From Candidatus Nealsonbacteria bacterium (GTDB lineage Bacteria > Patescibacteriota > Minisyncoccia > Minisyncoccales > JANBVM01), in NCBI GenBank assembly GCA_026016225.1, contig CP061210.1, forward strand, positions 130,000 to 193,999: a stretch of 64,000 nucleotides of DNA, in the 5' to 3' direction. Below are positions 18,042 to 27,963 of the stretch, piece after piece (position 1 is the stretch's first letter; each line of letters begins with the position of its first letter). Position numbers and translations under genes: made by a program. The notes beneath the pieces are model-generated. The model did no database searches and was not told where the DNA came from. It was given only the letters and a program-made list of their open reading frames with translations.

Positions 18042-18308
18042 ATGTTAAGTCAAAAAGAGAAAGAAGCAATCATCAAAAAATATAAAATACATACTTCTGA
18101 TACTGGCTCTCCCGAGGTTCAAATATCTTTATTAACAGAAGAAATCAGAAGTGTTTTGTTACATTTAAAAAAACATCCCAAAGACCTCCACTCAAAGAGA
18201 GGATTGTTAAAAATGGTATCGAAAAGAAGAAATTTTTTAAAATATTTACAAGAAAAAAACTCAAAAAGATACAATGCCATTATCAAAAAAATTGGTCTTA
18301 AAAAATGA
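18042..18308 (+). CDS. rpsO: 30S ribosomal protein S15
   Basis: 88 aa. SDTGSPEVQISLLTEEI and HLKKHPKDLHSKRGLLKMVSKRR are classic S15 blocks. Confidence 0.9.
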   Translation: MLSQKEKEAIIKKYKIHTSDTGSPEVQISLLTEEIRSVLLHLKKHPKDLHSKRGLLKMVSKRRNFLKYLQEKNSKRYNAIIKKIGLKK

Positions 18309-18309
18309 T

Positions 18310-18813
18310 ATGGAAATAAAACACTTAGGACAAAGAGTAGCAGTTTTAATTGATGTCCAAAACCTCTATCACTCTGCTAAGAATTTGTATGGAGCAAGGG
18401 TGAATTTTGGAGAGGTTTTGAAGTTAGCGGTTAGTCAAAGAGTTCTAATTAGAGCATTTGCCTATGTGGTTAAAACAAAAACCGGTGAAGAAAAAGCGTT
18501 TTTCGGAGCGCTAAAAAAAATAGGAATTGAAATCCGGGTAAGAGATTTACAAGAATTCTATGACGGTATGAAAAAAGCTGACTGGGATGTAGGAATTGCC
18601 GTTGATGCTATAAGAATCTCTCCAAGCGTCGATACAATTGTTTTAGCATCGGGAGATGGCGATTTTTTACAGTTAATTGAATATTTGAAAAACCAGGGCA
18701 AAAGAGTAGAAGTTATTGCTTTTAGTAAATCAGCTTCTTTAAAGTTAAAGAGGTCGGCCGATGAGTTTATTGAACTTGAAAAGAACTTAGAAAAATATCT
18801 CTTAAGAAAATAA
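18310..18813 (+). CDS. NYN/LabA-like domain protein (predicted RNase fold)
   Basis: VAVLIDVQNLYHS and LASGDGDF motifs of NYN/LabA domains. The ATG at 18310 lies 1 nt after the rpsO stop. Confidence 0.65.
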   Translation: MEIKHLGQRVAVLIDVQNLYHSAKNLYGARVNFGEVLKLAVSQRVLIRAFAYVVKTKTGEEKAFFGALKKIGIEIRVRDLQEFYDGMKKADWDVGIAVDAIRISPSVDTIVLASGDGDFLQLIEYLKNQGKRVEVIAFSKSASLKLKRSADEFIELEKNLEKYLLRK

Positions 18814-18833
18814 TATTAATTAAGTATTTTATT

Positions 18834-20954
18834 GTGAGCAAAAAATTCAAATTAGAAATTGGTAAAAGAGAATTGGTAGCTGATATTAAAAATCTGGCAG
18901 AACAAAGTAATGGTTCTGTTTTTCTTCAGTATGGAGATACGTTAGTCTTAGCTACTGCCGTGATGTCTGATTACGAAAAAGAAGAACTCAGTTTTTTCCC
19001 TTTAACTGTTAATTATGAGGAAAGATTCTATGCTGCAGGTAAAATCAAAGGGCCGAGATATATAAAGAGAGAAACAAGACCCTCTGACGAAGCCATTTGT
19101 AATGCCAGACTAATCGATAGGTCTATTAGGCCGCTATTTCCCAAAAATCTAAACAGGGAAGTCCAGGTAGTAATAACCGTTCTTTCCTGGGACGGTCAAA
19201 ACGAACCCGATATTTTAGGTTTATTAGCGTCTTCTTTAGCTCTTGGAATCTCAGATATACCCTGGAAAGGACCTTTAGCTACCGTGAGAGTGGGACAAAT
19301 TGAAGATAAGTTTATTTTAAATCCAACCTATGAAGAAAGAGAAAAAAGTAAAATTGACATTGTTTTTACCTGTATCGAAAAAGAGGATGTTTTGATTAAT
19401 ATGATTGAGGGAAACTTCGATGAGATAAATGAAAAATTAATCTTAAAGGCATATCAATTCTCAAAACCATATTTAAAAAAGCTCATTAATTTTGAAAAAG
19501 AAATTTTTGAAAAAATCGGCAAAGAAAAAATTCCTCTAACTATCCCTGAAACAGAGCCGGAATTAGAAAAAGACATAAAAGATTTTATAAAAGATAAATT
19601 GGAAAACGCCGTCTACCAAAAGAAAGGGGGGAAAAACGGTATGGCTCAATTAAAAGAGGAGTTAAGTGTTTTTTGCCAAGAAAATTATCCTGAGAAAATA
19701 AGCTATGCCGGGAAATTTTTTGAAAAAGAAATAGAGAAAATAATACATAAAAACATACTCTATAACGAAAAAAGGCCCGATGGGAGAAAATTAGATGAAA
19801 TAAGAGAACTTCACTGTGAAGTAGGAATTATTCCAAGAACTCACGGCTCGGGTCTTTTCTGTCGAGGACAAACAAAATCTCTATCAATTTTAACTTTAGG
19901 TGCTCCCGGAGATGTTCAATTATTAGAAGGAATGGAAATTGTAGGAAAAAAACGCTTTATGCATCACTATAATTTCCCACCCTATTCGGTTGGAGAAACA
20001 AGACCAATAAGAGGACCCGGTAGAAGAGAAATCGGTCATGGAATGTTGGCAGAAAAAGCTATTTTACCCGTTATTCCTTCTTTCGACCAATTCCCCTATA
20101 CAACCCGTATTGTTTCTGAAATTTTATCTTCAAATGGTTCAACCAGTATGGCTTCAATATCCAGCTCTTCTTTAGCTTTAATGGATGCGGGAGTACCAAT
20201 AAAATCTCCTGTAGCCGGAATTGCTTTAGGTTTGATATCTGATAATAAAGGCAATTACAAATTATTAACCGACATCCAGGGTCCCGAAGACCACTATGGC
20301 AATATGGATTTCAAAATAGCAGGAACAAAAAAAGGTGTAACTGTAATTCAAATGGATGTTAAAATTGATGGAATTTCAGAAGAAATTTTTAAAAAGTCTT
20401 TGGAAAAAGGAAGGATAACCCGATTAGAAATTTTAGAGAATATGGCGAAAGTTTTAGAAAAACCAAGACCAAAACTCTCTCCTTTTGCTCCAAGAATTTT
20501 AATTATTCAAATTAATCCAGAAAAAATCAGAAAGGTAATCGGTCCCGGGGGAAAAATCATTAATGAAATAATTGAAGAATGTGGGGTCTCCATTGATATT
20601 GAAGAAACTGGTAGGGTTTTTATTACGGCTGAAAAAGAAGAGGCTGGTAAAAAGGCACTTGCCTGGATAAAGAATATTACCAGAGAAGTAAGGGTGGGAG
20701 AAGTTTTTCAGGGAAAGGTGAAAAGGATTTTAAATTTTGGAGCTTTTATAGAAATTGTACCGGGGCAAGAAGGTTTATTACATATTTCTCGGTTGGCTCC
20801 CCACAGAGTAAAAAGGGTAGAAGATGTTGTTAAAATTGGAGATATTGTTCCTGTCAAAGTAATCTCTATTGACGAACAAGGAAGAATAGATTTATCATTA
20901 AATAATAAAAAACACTATAGGGAAAGAAAAAAATCATATGCCAGAAGAAAATAA
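18834..20954 (+). CDS. pnp: polyribonucleotide nucleotidyltransferase (PNPase)
   Basis: Two RNase PH-like domains, a KH domain (IGPGGKIINEI) and an S1 domain (GEVFQGKVKRILNFGAFIEI). GTG start. Confidence 0.9.
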   Translation: MSKKFKLEIGKRELVADIKNLAEQSNGSVFLQYGDTLVLATAVMSDYEKEELSFFPLTVNYEERFYAAGKIKGPRYIKRETRPSDEAICNARLIDRSIRPLFPKNLNREVQVVITVLSWDGQNEPDILGLLASSLALGISDIPWKGPLATVRVGQIEDKFILNPTYEEREKSKIDIVFTCIEKEDVLINMIEGNFDEINEKLILKAYQFSKPYLKKLINFEKEIFEKIGKEKIPLTIPETEPELEKDIKDFIKDKLENAVYQKKGGKNGMAQLKEELSVFCQENYPEKISYAGKFFEKEIEKIIHKNILYNEKRPDGRKLDEIRELHCEVGIIPRTHGSGLFCRGQTKSLSILTLGAPGDVQLLEGMEIVGKKRFMHHYNFPPYSVGETRPIRGPGRREIGHGMLAEKAILPVIPSFDQFPYTTRIVSEILSSNGSTSMASISSSSLALMDAGVPIKSPVAGIALGLISDNKGNYKLLTDIQGPEDHYGNMDFKIAGTKKGVTVIQMDVKIDGISEEIFKKSLEKGRITRLEILENMAKVLEKPRPKLSPFAPRILIIQINPEKIRKVIGPGGKIINEIIEECGVSIDIEETGRVFITAEKEEAGKKALAWIKNITREVRVGEVFQGKVKRILNFGAFIEIVPGQEGLLHISRLAPHRVKRVEDVVKIGDIVPVKVISIDEQGRIDLSLNNKKHYRERKKSYARRK

Positions 20955-22986
20955 AAAAGAAGAACTACAGTCTCTTAAAGACAAGTTAAAAGAAGAGATG
21001 CCCGGGGAAAAAGAGGAAAGGTTAGAGTTTTTAAAAAGAGAAGAAATAAGAACAATGAAAAAAGATATTGAAAAACTTCGTGAGGTTGAAGCTGAAAAAG
21101 AAAAAGAAAGAATTACTACTTTAGAGTCTGGGAAAGAAATAAAGAAAGAAGAAGTTGAAAAAGAAGAAGTTAAGGAAGAAGAAGAAGTTAAAGGAGAAGT
21201 AAAAAAGCCGGAACCAGAATACGAACCTCAACCTCAAGGAACACTTATTCCCACCCCTCCTAAAAAAGCTTCTTCTTTAAAAAAGGTTTTGGTTAGAATT
21301 GGTTTTGTTCTAATCTTTATTTTTATTCTGGGATTTATTTATTGGTTTTTTGCTCCTGAAATAACAATCTTTAAAGATATCTTTCCCCGTAAAGAAGAAC
21401 CTGTTACGGAAGAGGAAGAACCTGTTACAGAAGAAGTTGAAGAAGAAGAGGAAGAAGTTGAAATTTCTGTTCCCTCTCCTTTGCTTTCGGTTGAGAAAGT
21501 TCTCACTTTTGAAATCTCTGAAAACGAAGAAATCCCTTCAATTATAGAACAATTAATAATTGAAGAATTGCCCCAGAATAGCTTCACTCAAATTGTAATT
21601 AAAAATGAAAAAGAAAATCAGCTGGCAGATTTAGAAGATATTGCTCAAGCTTTTCAGATTGAGATGGTCCCTGAGGTGATACAAAAATTAGATGTAAAAG
21701 ACTTTAACTTACTAATCTACCCCCAAGAAGAAGGCAGAAAAGAAGTTTTTATAATTAAAATTAAAGAGGAGGAAAATTTGCCGGAGGCTCTAAAAATTTG
21801 GGAGACAAAAATAACCCAAGAAGGACTATTTATCTCAAACAATAAAATTTCAACCATATCCTTTTCTTTCAAAACTTTTATATTTAAAGAAGATAAATTT
21901 TCTATTCGATATCTGACTATTTCTAAAAATGATTCAGGGGTATGTTATACTTTATTTGAAAATTACCTTATTTTATCTTCTTCATTTAAGAGCATGCAAA
22001 AAGCTGTTAGAGAACTAAGAGTCTCAATAGCTTCTAAATTGCAAGAAAAAATTGGTCAGTTGTTTATTGTTGGTTTTGAAGGAAAAACAGTAACTCCGCA
22101 ATTGGAAGATTTTTTCAAAAAATACAAACCGGGAGGAGTCTTATTGCTTTCTAAAAATATTGAAAACGAACAACAGTTAAAAAGTCTAATTAAAGACCTC
22201 CAAGACCTTTCTAAAAAAGAAACTGGTCTTTCACTTTTTGTTGCCGTTGACCAAGAGGGAGGACCAATATCCCGAATCGCATTTTTAGAAGAAAAAACTG
22301 TTCAATCAGAAATTGAGGATACGTATAGTTCTTATGAAATCGGGCTGAAAAGAGGTGAAGAACTTAAAGAATTGGGAGTAAATGTCAATTTAGCGCCACT
22401 TTTAGACTATATGAAAGAAGAGGATTTTTGGTTTAATCGTTCTTTTCAAAAATCACCCCAATTATCCGGAGAGTTAGCAAAATCTTTAATTTTAGGACAG
22501 AAAGAAGCTGGAATTTTAACAGCTATTAAACACTTCCCCGGATATGTAAATATTCCTTTTAATCCGGAGGTAAAACTGGCAACGGTTTTGACTCCAGAAA
22601 TATCACAATTCAAAAAAGCAATGGAGGCTAAACCTGAACTAATAATGGTTTCAAATACAGTATACACAGATATTGATTCTCTTCTGCCCTTTACGTTTTC
22701 CCAAAAAGGAATTCAATATCTAAAAACTAATTTAGATTCCGAAGCTTTAGTAGTTTCGGACGATTTAGCACAGAACTCTTTGTTGGAAAAGTTCTCTATA
22801 AAAGAAATAGTAACCAAACCAATCAAAGCCGGAGTAGATATGCTTATTTTTTCTGGTTGGGGGGCTCCGGTTAATCAAGCTTTAGATAGTTTCTTGACAG
22901 CTGTAATAAACAAAGAAATCTCTGAAATAAAAATTGATATAGCTGTTTCAAAAATTATTCAATTAAAAGAAACATTATTAAAATAA
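20938..22986 (+). CDS. glycoside hydrolase family 3 (NagZ-like beta-N-acetylhexosaminidase) with Glu-rich N-terminal region and TM anchor
   Basis: The C-terminal half has GQLFIVGFEG, AVDQEGG, KHFPGY and SDDL motifs of GH3/NagZ. The N-terminus is a K/E-rich coiled region plus one TM helix. Confidence 0.75.
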   Translation: MPEENKKEELQSLKDKLKEEMPGEKEERLEFLKREEIRTMKKDIEKLREVEAEKEKERITTLESGKEIKKEEVEKEEVKEEEEVKGEVKKPEPEYEPQPQGTLIPTPPKKASSLKKVLVRIGFVLIFIFILGFIYWFFAPEITIFKDIFPRKEEPVTEEEEPVTEEVEEEEEEVEISVPSPLLSVEKVLTFEISENEEIPSIIEQLIIEELPQNSFTQIVIKNEKENQLADLEDIAQAFQIEMVPEVIQKLDVKDFNLLIYPQEEGRKEVFIIKIKEEENLPEALKIWETKITQEGLFISNNKISTISFSFKTFIFKEDKFSIRYLTISKNDSGVCYTLFENYLILSSSFKSMQKAVRELRVSIASKLQEKIGQLFIVGFEGKTVTPQLEDFFKKYKPGGVLLLSKNIENEQQLKSLIKDLQDLSKKETGLSLFVAVDQEGGPISRIAFLEEKTVQSEIEDTYSSYEIGLKRGEELKELGVNVNLAPLLDYMKEEDFWFNRSFQKSPQLSGELAKSLILGQKEAGILTAIKHFPGYVNIPFNPEVKLATVLTPEISQFKKAMEAKPELIMVSNTVYTDIDSLLPFTFSQKGIQYLKTNLDSEALVVSDDLAQNSLLEKFSIKEIVTKPIKAGVDMLIFSGWGAPVNQALDSFLTAVINKEISEIKIDIAVSKIIQLKETLLK

Positions 22987-22991
22987 CCCCT

Positions 22992-23357
22992 GTGAACCAA
23001 AAAGCACTTAAGAAAATAAAAGAAAAATTAAAAAGAGAAAAACTACAAATTGAAAAAGAACTTGAGAGTTTCGCTAAAAGAGATAAGAAAGTAGAAGGAG
23101 ATTGGGATGCTCGTTTCCCCAAGTGGAATGGAGGAGGAAGCAGTTCTAATATGGAAATTGCTGCTGATGAGGTTGAAGAATACAGTAAACTTTTATCTTT
23201 AGAATATGTTTTGGAGATACGTCTTAAAAATATCAATTTAGCTTTAGAAAAGATTAAAAAGAAAAAGTATGGAGTTTGTGAAAAATGCGGCAAAAAAATT
23301 CCTAATAATCGTTTGGAAGTATATCCTGAAGCAAGATATTGTTTAAAATGTAAATAA
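22992..23357 (+). CDS. DksA/TraR-family C4 zinc-finger protein
   Basis: C-terminal CEKCGKKI...ARYCLKC four-Cys finger preceded by a coiled coil. GTG start. Confidence 0.65.
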   Translation: MNQKALKKIKEKLKREKLQIEKELESFAKRDKKVEGDWDARFPKWNGGGSSSNMEIAADEVEEYSKLLSLEYVLEIRLKNINLALEKIKKKKYGVCEKCGKKIPNNRLEVYPEARYCLKCK

Positions 23358-23495
23358 TATTAATAAAGCTGTTCTTTCTCCTCTCGCTCTTTTTTTTGTT
23401 TCCTCTCTTCTCGTTTTCTTACTATTTCTCGCCAATCCATTACATATCATCTTCTTTAATTTACTGCTTTACAAATAAAATATCTTTGAGCTTTT

Positions 23496-23540
23496 GTCAA
23501 AGTTTAAAACCTTTGACTTTTTGTTTTTGGAATAAAAAAA
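23496..23540. repeat. terminator-like hairpin module, inverted copy of 29943-29988
   Basis: GTCAAAG-8 nt-CTTTGAC followed by TTTTTGTTTTT. Its reverse complement aligns with 29943-29988 over about 45 nt with few mismatches. Confidence 0.75.
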
Positions 23541-23586
23541 GATGTGTTTCTTGTACCTCTTTGATTGAAAAAATAAAGGACAATAA

Positions 23587-24327
23587 TTATTTCTCGGCTG
23601 TCACTTCTTTTGTTTCTTCGATTCTCTCTTCTACTTTTATTCCACAGAAAGGACAAAACGAGACTATTGATGTTAATTGTACTCCACAAGAGGGACAATA
23701 GAATTCACTTGCCTTTTCCTTAACTTGTGCAACCTTCGCGAGCTTCTCTCTTAATTTCTCAATTGTTTTTTTAGCTTTCTCTTCTACCTCTCTTTTAGCT
23801 TGTTCAATTTTTACTAGTTTCTTTTTTAACTCCCTAATTGTTTTTTTTGTTTTTCTTTCCGCTTTTTCCTCAGACTTCTTTTTAGATTTCTTTTCATGCA
23901 TTTCTTTAGGTTTTTCCTTCACTTCAGGCTCATTTTCATCTTTGATATTTCTTTGGACTACAGTGACTTTAATACTTTTCTGTTTAAGACTTAAGTGAGT
24001 AGGATATCTTTTAAGTGTATCTACAAAAAGAGCTTTCTTAGTTATTTTCCTTCTTTTGCCATCAAACGAAGTTTTCATAACCGTATCCAATACTGCACTT
24101 CCTTCCTTTAAATCTACCCACACATGGCTATTACATCTTTCACAGAATAATGGCAGAAATTTACTGTTGTAGTGGTAGTATCCCTTATAATCTTTAATTT
24201 CTGCTTCAGTAATTTCTTTAACTTCTATTTTACCCTGACACTCTTTATGGTATATAATATCTCCAACATTAACTTCTTTACCCTCAATTGTTTCTTCAAC
24301 CGCAATAGTAAAAGTTCTTTTTGTCAT
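23587..24327 (-). CDS. hypothetical protein with Lys/Glu-rich coiled coil and C-terminal zinc ribbon
   Basis: 246 aa. It has a C-terminal YCPSCG...FCPFCG ribbon and an internal CERC. A strong promoter/RBS module lies upstream. Confidence 0.6.
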   Translation of the reverse strand: MTKRTFTIAVEETIEGKEVNVGDIIYHKECQGKIEVKEITEAEIKDYKGYYHYNSKFLPLFCERCNSHVWVDLKEGSAVLDTVMKTSFDGKRRKITKKALFVDTLKRYPTHLSLKQKSIKVTVVQRNIKDENEPEVKEKPKEMHEKKSKKKSEEKAERKTKKTIRELKKKLVKIEQAKREVEEKAKKTIEKLREKLAKVAQVKEKASEFYCPSCGVQLTSIVSFCPFCGIKVEERIEETKEVTAEK

Positions 24328-24412
24328 TTTACATCACCTTTTAATTCTGATTTTATTTAATTATAAATTTACCATTTTTATCTTACCTCATCTTTCAATT
24401 TTTGTCAAATGG
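24328..24412 (-). promoter_or_regulatory. promoter/RBS module (TTGACA-17-TAAGAT, downstream TATAAT, AAAGGTGAT RBS); inverted copy of 29645-29725
   Basis: The reverse complement reads TTTGACAAAAATTGAAAGATGAGGTAAGAT...TATAATTAAA...AATTAAAAGGTGATGTAAAATG. It aligns block by block with the region upstream of 29726. Confidence 0.7.
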
Positions 24413-24450
24413 TTTTGTTTTGGGAATTGGAAAATTCTGCTATATTAAAG

Positions 24451-24553
24451 CAATATGCCCTCTAAAGTCTTCTCAATAGCCATTGTGGGCTTGTCAACTC
24501 AAATCATTGAAATAAAAATAAATGCCTCATACGGATTGAGGCATTTTGAAATT
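24451..24553 (+). repeat. 103-bp direct repeat, copy A (comM 5' end)
   Basis: It aligns without gaps to 27964-28066 with 6 mismatches by my count. Confidence 0.9.
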
Positions 24554-24583
24554 AAGGGGTTTCTCTCGGATTTTTGTTTTTAA
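24455..24583 (+). pseudogene. orphan 5' fragment of comM/yifB (first 33 codons, then divergent tail and stop)
   Basis: It encodes MPSKVFSIAIVGLSTQIIEIKINASYGLRHFEI. The intact gene at 27968 begins MPSKVFSTAIVGLSAQIIEIETDASYGLRHFEI. Similarity ends at 24553 and a stop follows at 24581. Confidence 0.8.
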
Positions 24584-24638
24584 GTTATTTTTGATAAAAT
24601 AGTAATAAGAGGGAGGTTATAAAGAAATTCAAAAAAAT

Positions 24639-25031
24639 ATGAAAATTAATCCCAAAAAAGAAAGAAAAGAACTACCACCAGAAAAGGTTAAAGAAACACC
24701 TGAAAAATTGTATATAGAAAGAGAAACAAAAATAGAAAAAGAAAAACCTTTAACCGAAGAAGAAAGAAGAAGAATTAAAGAAAAGTATGAAGAGGAATTT
24801 AGAAAAATGAAGCTGAGTCCTGATATGGAAGAAGAAGCAAAAGAGGAAGCAAAACAGATTAAAACGCTTGAAAAAGAAGGAAAAATTAATCGATTATTAA
24901 ATATTGCTAAAGAGAAAGGAGTATATTTTGCAGTAAAAGTAGCAGAAAATATGAACGACCCTTATACCTTAGACATCCTTCATGATATTTTGGCTAAAGA
25001 TGCATTTTATAAAAGGTTTTTAAAACAATAA
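24639..25031 (+). CDS. hypothetical Lys/Glu-rich protein
   Basis: 130-aa ORF immediately upstream of, and co-oriented with, the coupling-protein gene. No recognisable motif. Confidence 0.45.
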   Translation: MKINPKKERKELPPEKVKETPEKLYIERETKIEKEKPLTEEERRRIKEKYEEEFRKMKLSPDMEEEAKEEAKQIKTLEKEGKINRLLNIAKEKGVYFAVKVAENMNDPYTLDILHDILAKDAFYKRFLKQ

Positions 25032-25034
25032 ATT

Positions 25035-27488
25035 ATGGAGATTTTATATTGGATAGTTCTCATTTTGATTTCAGTAATAGGGGGAGTGCTGATTTTTCTC
25101 TTTTTAAAGAAAAAAGAAAAGGGACAAGTTTTAGGGAGCTTAGATATGTCCCTTTTTTTAGTGAGTATGCCAAAGCACAGATTAAAAAAAGAAGAAATGA
25201 CAGGAAAAGAAGAAAAAACCTTAATTGGCCAGATGGAACAGGTTTTAAGTAGTTTTCTTTATCTAAAAAAGCCAGGCTTTTTTGAAAGAATTATTTTTGG
25301 TTCTCCGAGGGTAGTCCTTGAGATTGCTTCTCAGATCGGTGGAACCGATATTTCTTTTTATGTAGCTGTACCTAAATTTTTGGAAACTGCTCTTGAAAAG
25401 TATATCCAGGGGGTTTATCCTCGAGCTTTGGTAGAAAAAATTCCCCAAGATTACACTATTTTTGAACCGGGTGGTTTTACTGCAGGCTGTTATTTAAAAT
25501 TAAAAGAACCTCTTCTTTTTCCAATTAATACATACAAAAACTTAGAAAAAGACCCTTTAGCTACTATAACCAATACCTTAAGTAAAATTGCCCCAGATGA
25601 AGGAGCAGCAGTTCAAATAATTATTAAACCCTCACCATTGAATTTAAAAAAAATAGGCGACAAAGCTTTAGCGAAAATCAGAGAAGGCAAAACCGTGAAA
25701 AATGCGATTTCTGAAGCATGTAGGTCTCCTGCTCTTAGTTTTTTAATAGAGCTATTTAAGGTTTTTTCAGCCCAACCTGGCAAAAAGCCAGATGAAAGAA
25801 GAATGGAAGAATTCAGGAGGACCGGCTCTAAGATTGATGAAAGCACTATTCAATCTATTCAAACTAAAATCCAAAAACCAATTTTCGAAACCAATATTAG
25901 ATTGCTAACTTCAGCTCCAACTTTAGAAAGAGCAAAAGAAATCTTGAGCCATCTTCAAGGAGCTTTCAGTCAATTTTCACTTTTTGTTTCCAATAGTTTC
26001 TATATGGTTGAATTGAAGAAAAAACGCCTTAAAAAACTTGTTTATGATTTTAGTTTTAGAAACTTTAACCCAAATCAAAGGGTTATTTTAAACATTGAAG
26101 AACTAACCAGTATTTACCATTTTCCCACTTATTATACTGAAACTCCTTATATTAAAGCTGCCAAAAGCGGGGTAGCAGCTCCTCCTGCTGAACTTCCAGA
26201 AAAGGGATTAAATTTAATTGGCAAAGTTCTTTTCCGGGGAGAAGAAAAAAGAGTTTCTTTTGCTACCAGAGAAGACAGAAGAAGGCATTTTTACATTATA
26301 GGTCAAACCGGAACCGGAAAAAGCAGCTTATTGCGAGAAATGATCCGCCAGGATATTCAAAATGGCGAAGGAGTAGCAGTTATAGATCCCCACGGCGATT
26401 TAATTGAGGACACCTTGGCTAATATCCCAAAAGAAAGAATAAAAGATGTAGTTTTATTCGAACCTTTTGATATCAGCCGACCTATAGGCTTAAACATGCT
26501 TGAATATGAAAGCCCCAGCCAAAAAGATTTTGCCGTCCAGGAAATGATAGCTATTTTCCATAAACTTTTCCCGCCAGAGATTATAGGTCCAATGTTTGAG
26601 CATTATATGAGAAATGCTATGTTAGCCATAATGGCAAACAAAGAAGACCCAGGTACTTTGGTTGAAATCCCCAGAATGTTTACTGATGAAGAGTTTATGT
26701 CTCATAAACTGAAAAGTGTTACAGACCCTATAGTTAAAAGCTTCTGGCTAAAAGAGTGGAAACAAACAACAGGTGCTACCAGGTCTGATATGTTAGGATA
26801 TGTTGTTTCCAAAATTGGTCGTTTTATTGGAAATGAAATGATGAGAAATATTATTGGTCAACCTCATTGTGGTTTTGATTCAGGAAAAATAATGGAGGAA
26901 GGTAAGATTTTCTTAGCCAATCTTTCCAAAGGATTAACAGGCGAAGTAAATTCTTCTTTGTTGGGCTTAATTTTGGTTTCAAAAATGCAAATGGCAGCAA
27001 TGAGAAGAGCCAAGGTTCCAGAAGAAAAAAGAAAAGATTTTTATTTATACATTGATGAGTTTCAAAATTTCACCACCAACAGTATCGCCACAATTCTTTC
27101 TGAAGCCAGAAAATACCGCTTAAATTTGATTTTAGCTCACCAATATATTCCTCAACTTGTTCCTGAAATCAGAAATGCTGTTTTGGGTAATGTGGGAACA
27201 ATTGGAGCCTTCAGAATTGGAGCCGACGATGCTGAATTTTTGGAAAAACAATTTGAGCCAGAATTCTCTCGGTTTGATTTGGTTAATCTTGACAATTTCA
27301 ATTTAGTGGTAAAGATGATGATTAAAAATAATATCTCAGAAGCTTTTAGAATTCAAACATTTCCTCCTAAAAAAGGAAATCTAAAAATTATTGAATTAAT
27401 CAAAAAAATCTCAAAACAAAAATACGGCCGGCCAAAAGCGTTGGTTGAGACTGAAATCTTAAAAAGGTCAAGGTTAATCAGTCTTTAA
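25035..27488 (+). CDS. VirD4/TraD-like type IV coupling protein (membrane-anchored P-loop ATPase)
   Basis: N-terminal TM helix, Walker A GQTGTGKSS, Walker B LYIDEFQNF, and EARKYRLNLILAHQYIPQL, which is typical of T4CP/TraD-like ATPases. Confidence 0.75.
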   Translation: MEILYWIVLILISVIGGVLIFLFLKKKEKGQVLGSLDMSLFLVSMPKHRLKKEEMTGKEEKTLIGQMEQVLSSFLYLKKPGFFERIIFGSPRVVLEIASQIGGTDISFYVAVPKFLETALEKYIQGVYPRALVEKIPQDYTIFEPGGFTAGCYLKLKEPLLFPINTYKNLEKDPLATITNTLSKIAPDEGAAVQIIIKPSPLNLKKIGDKALAKIREGKTVKNAISEACRSPALSFLIELFKVFSAQPGKKPDERRMEEFRRTGSKIDESTIQSIQTKIQKPIFETNIRLLTSAPTLERAKEILSHLQGAFSQFSLFVSNSFYMVELKKKRLKKLVYDFSFRNFNPNQRVILNIEELTSIYHFPTYYTETPYIKAAKSGVAAPPAELPEKGLNLIGKVLFRGEEKRVSFATREDRRRHFYIIGQTGTGKSSLLREMIRQDIQNGEGVAVIDPHGDLIEDTLANIPKERIKDVVLFEPFDISRPIGLNMLEYESPSQKDFAVQEMIAIFHKLFPPEIIGPMFEHYMRNAMLAIMANKEDPGTLVEIPRMFTDEEFMSHKLKSVTDPIVKSFWLKEWKQTTGATRSDMLGYVVSKIGRFIGNEMMRNIIGQPHCGFDSGKIMEEGKIFLANLSKGLTGEVNSSLLGLILVSKMQMAAMRRAKVPEEKRKDFYLYIDEFQNFTTNSIATILSEARKYRLNLILAHQYIPQLVPEIRNAVLGNVGTIGAFRIGADDAEFLEKQFEPEFSRFDLVNLDNFNLVVKMMIKNNISEAFRIQTFPPKKGNLKIIELIKKISKQKYGRPKALVETEILKRSRLISL

Positions 27489-27539
27489 TTAAAATCTGCC
27501 TGAAAAAGGGGAAAACAGATATTTCCTTAAATCATCCGC

Positions 27540-27569
27540 TTGACAATGGTTTTATTCAAAAGCTAAAAT
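27540..27569 (+). promoter_or_regulatory. putative sigma70-type promoter (TTGACA-18-TAAAAT)
   Basis: TTGACA at 27540-27545 and TAAAAT at 27564-27569, 24 nt upstream of the ATG at 27593. Confidence 0.5.
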
Positions 27570-27592
27570 AAGACAGATAAAGAGAATAAATT

Positions 27593-27862
27593 ATGCCGAA
27601 GAAAAAAAGCAAACAATCGACCTCTTTGAAAGAAATAGAAAAGTTGCTATCTCAACAGACTGTTGTTATTCTTTCGGCTGTAGATGAAAGATTAAAGAAA
27701 ACAGAACTTCGAATTAATAAAAAGATTGATAAACTCACAACAACCCTTGATAGATTCTTAAAAGGACTAAAAGATATTGAAGACGAATTTCAGGCAATGA
27801 AACTCGATATTAATCGAATGAAAAAAGTAATTAAAGAAAAACTTGACGTAGATTTGTTTTAG
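27593..27862 (+). CDS. hypothetical coiled-coil protein
   Basis: 89-aa ORF with its own promoter-like and terminator-like signals. Confidence 0.5.
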   Translation: MPKKKSKQSTSLKEIEKLLSQQTVVILSAVDERLKKTELRINKKIDKLTTTLDRFLKGLKDIEDEFQAMKLDINRMKKVIKEKLDVDLF

Positions 27863-27907
27863 AATTAACCTTTTTCAGGTTACATTTTCACTGTAAATCT
27901 TAAGACT

Positions 27908-27926
27908 GCCCGGAAACGGGCTTTTT
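27908..27926 (+). terminator. intrinsic terminator
   Basis: GCCCG-GAAA-CGGGC followed by TTTTT. Confidence 0.7.
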
Positions 27927-27963
27927 ATTCTGGATTATGCTTTAAGATTTTGTTAAACTTAAA

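Noticed and set aside
21390-21470. A tandem DNA repeat (GAAGAACCTGTTACnGAAGA, twice) and a poly-Glu tract in the NagZ-like gene.
   Set aside because: It is a short acidic low-complexity linker after the TM helix. It has no features beyond simple codon-repeat expansion.
22955-23701. ORFs 22955-23293 (-), 23396-23701 (+) and 23504-23698 (-), around a long polypyrimidine tract (23371-23435).
   Set aside because: Their translations are low-complexity (S/F/L-rich). They overlap the better-supported DksA-like gene or the zinc-ribbon gene. The tract is more simply read as intergenic low-complexity sequence.
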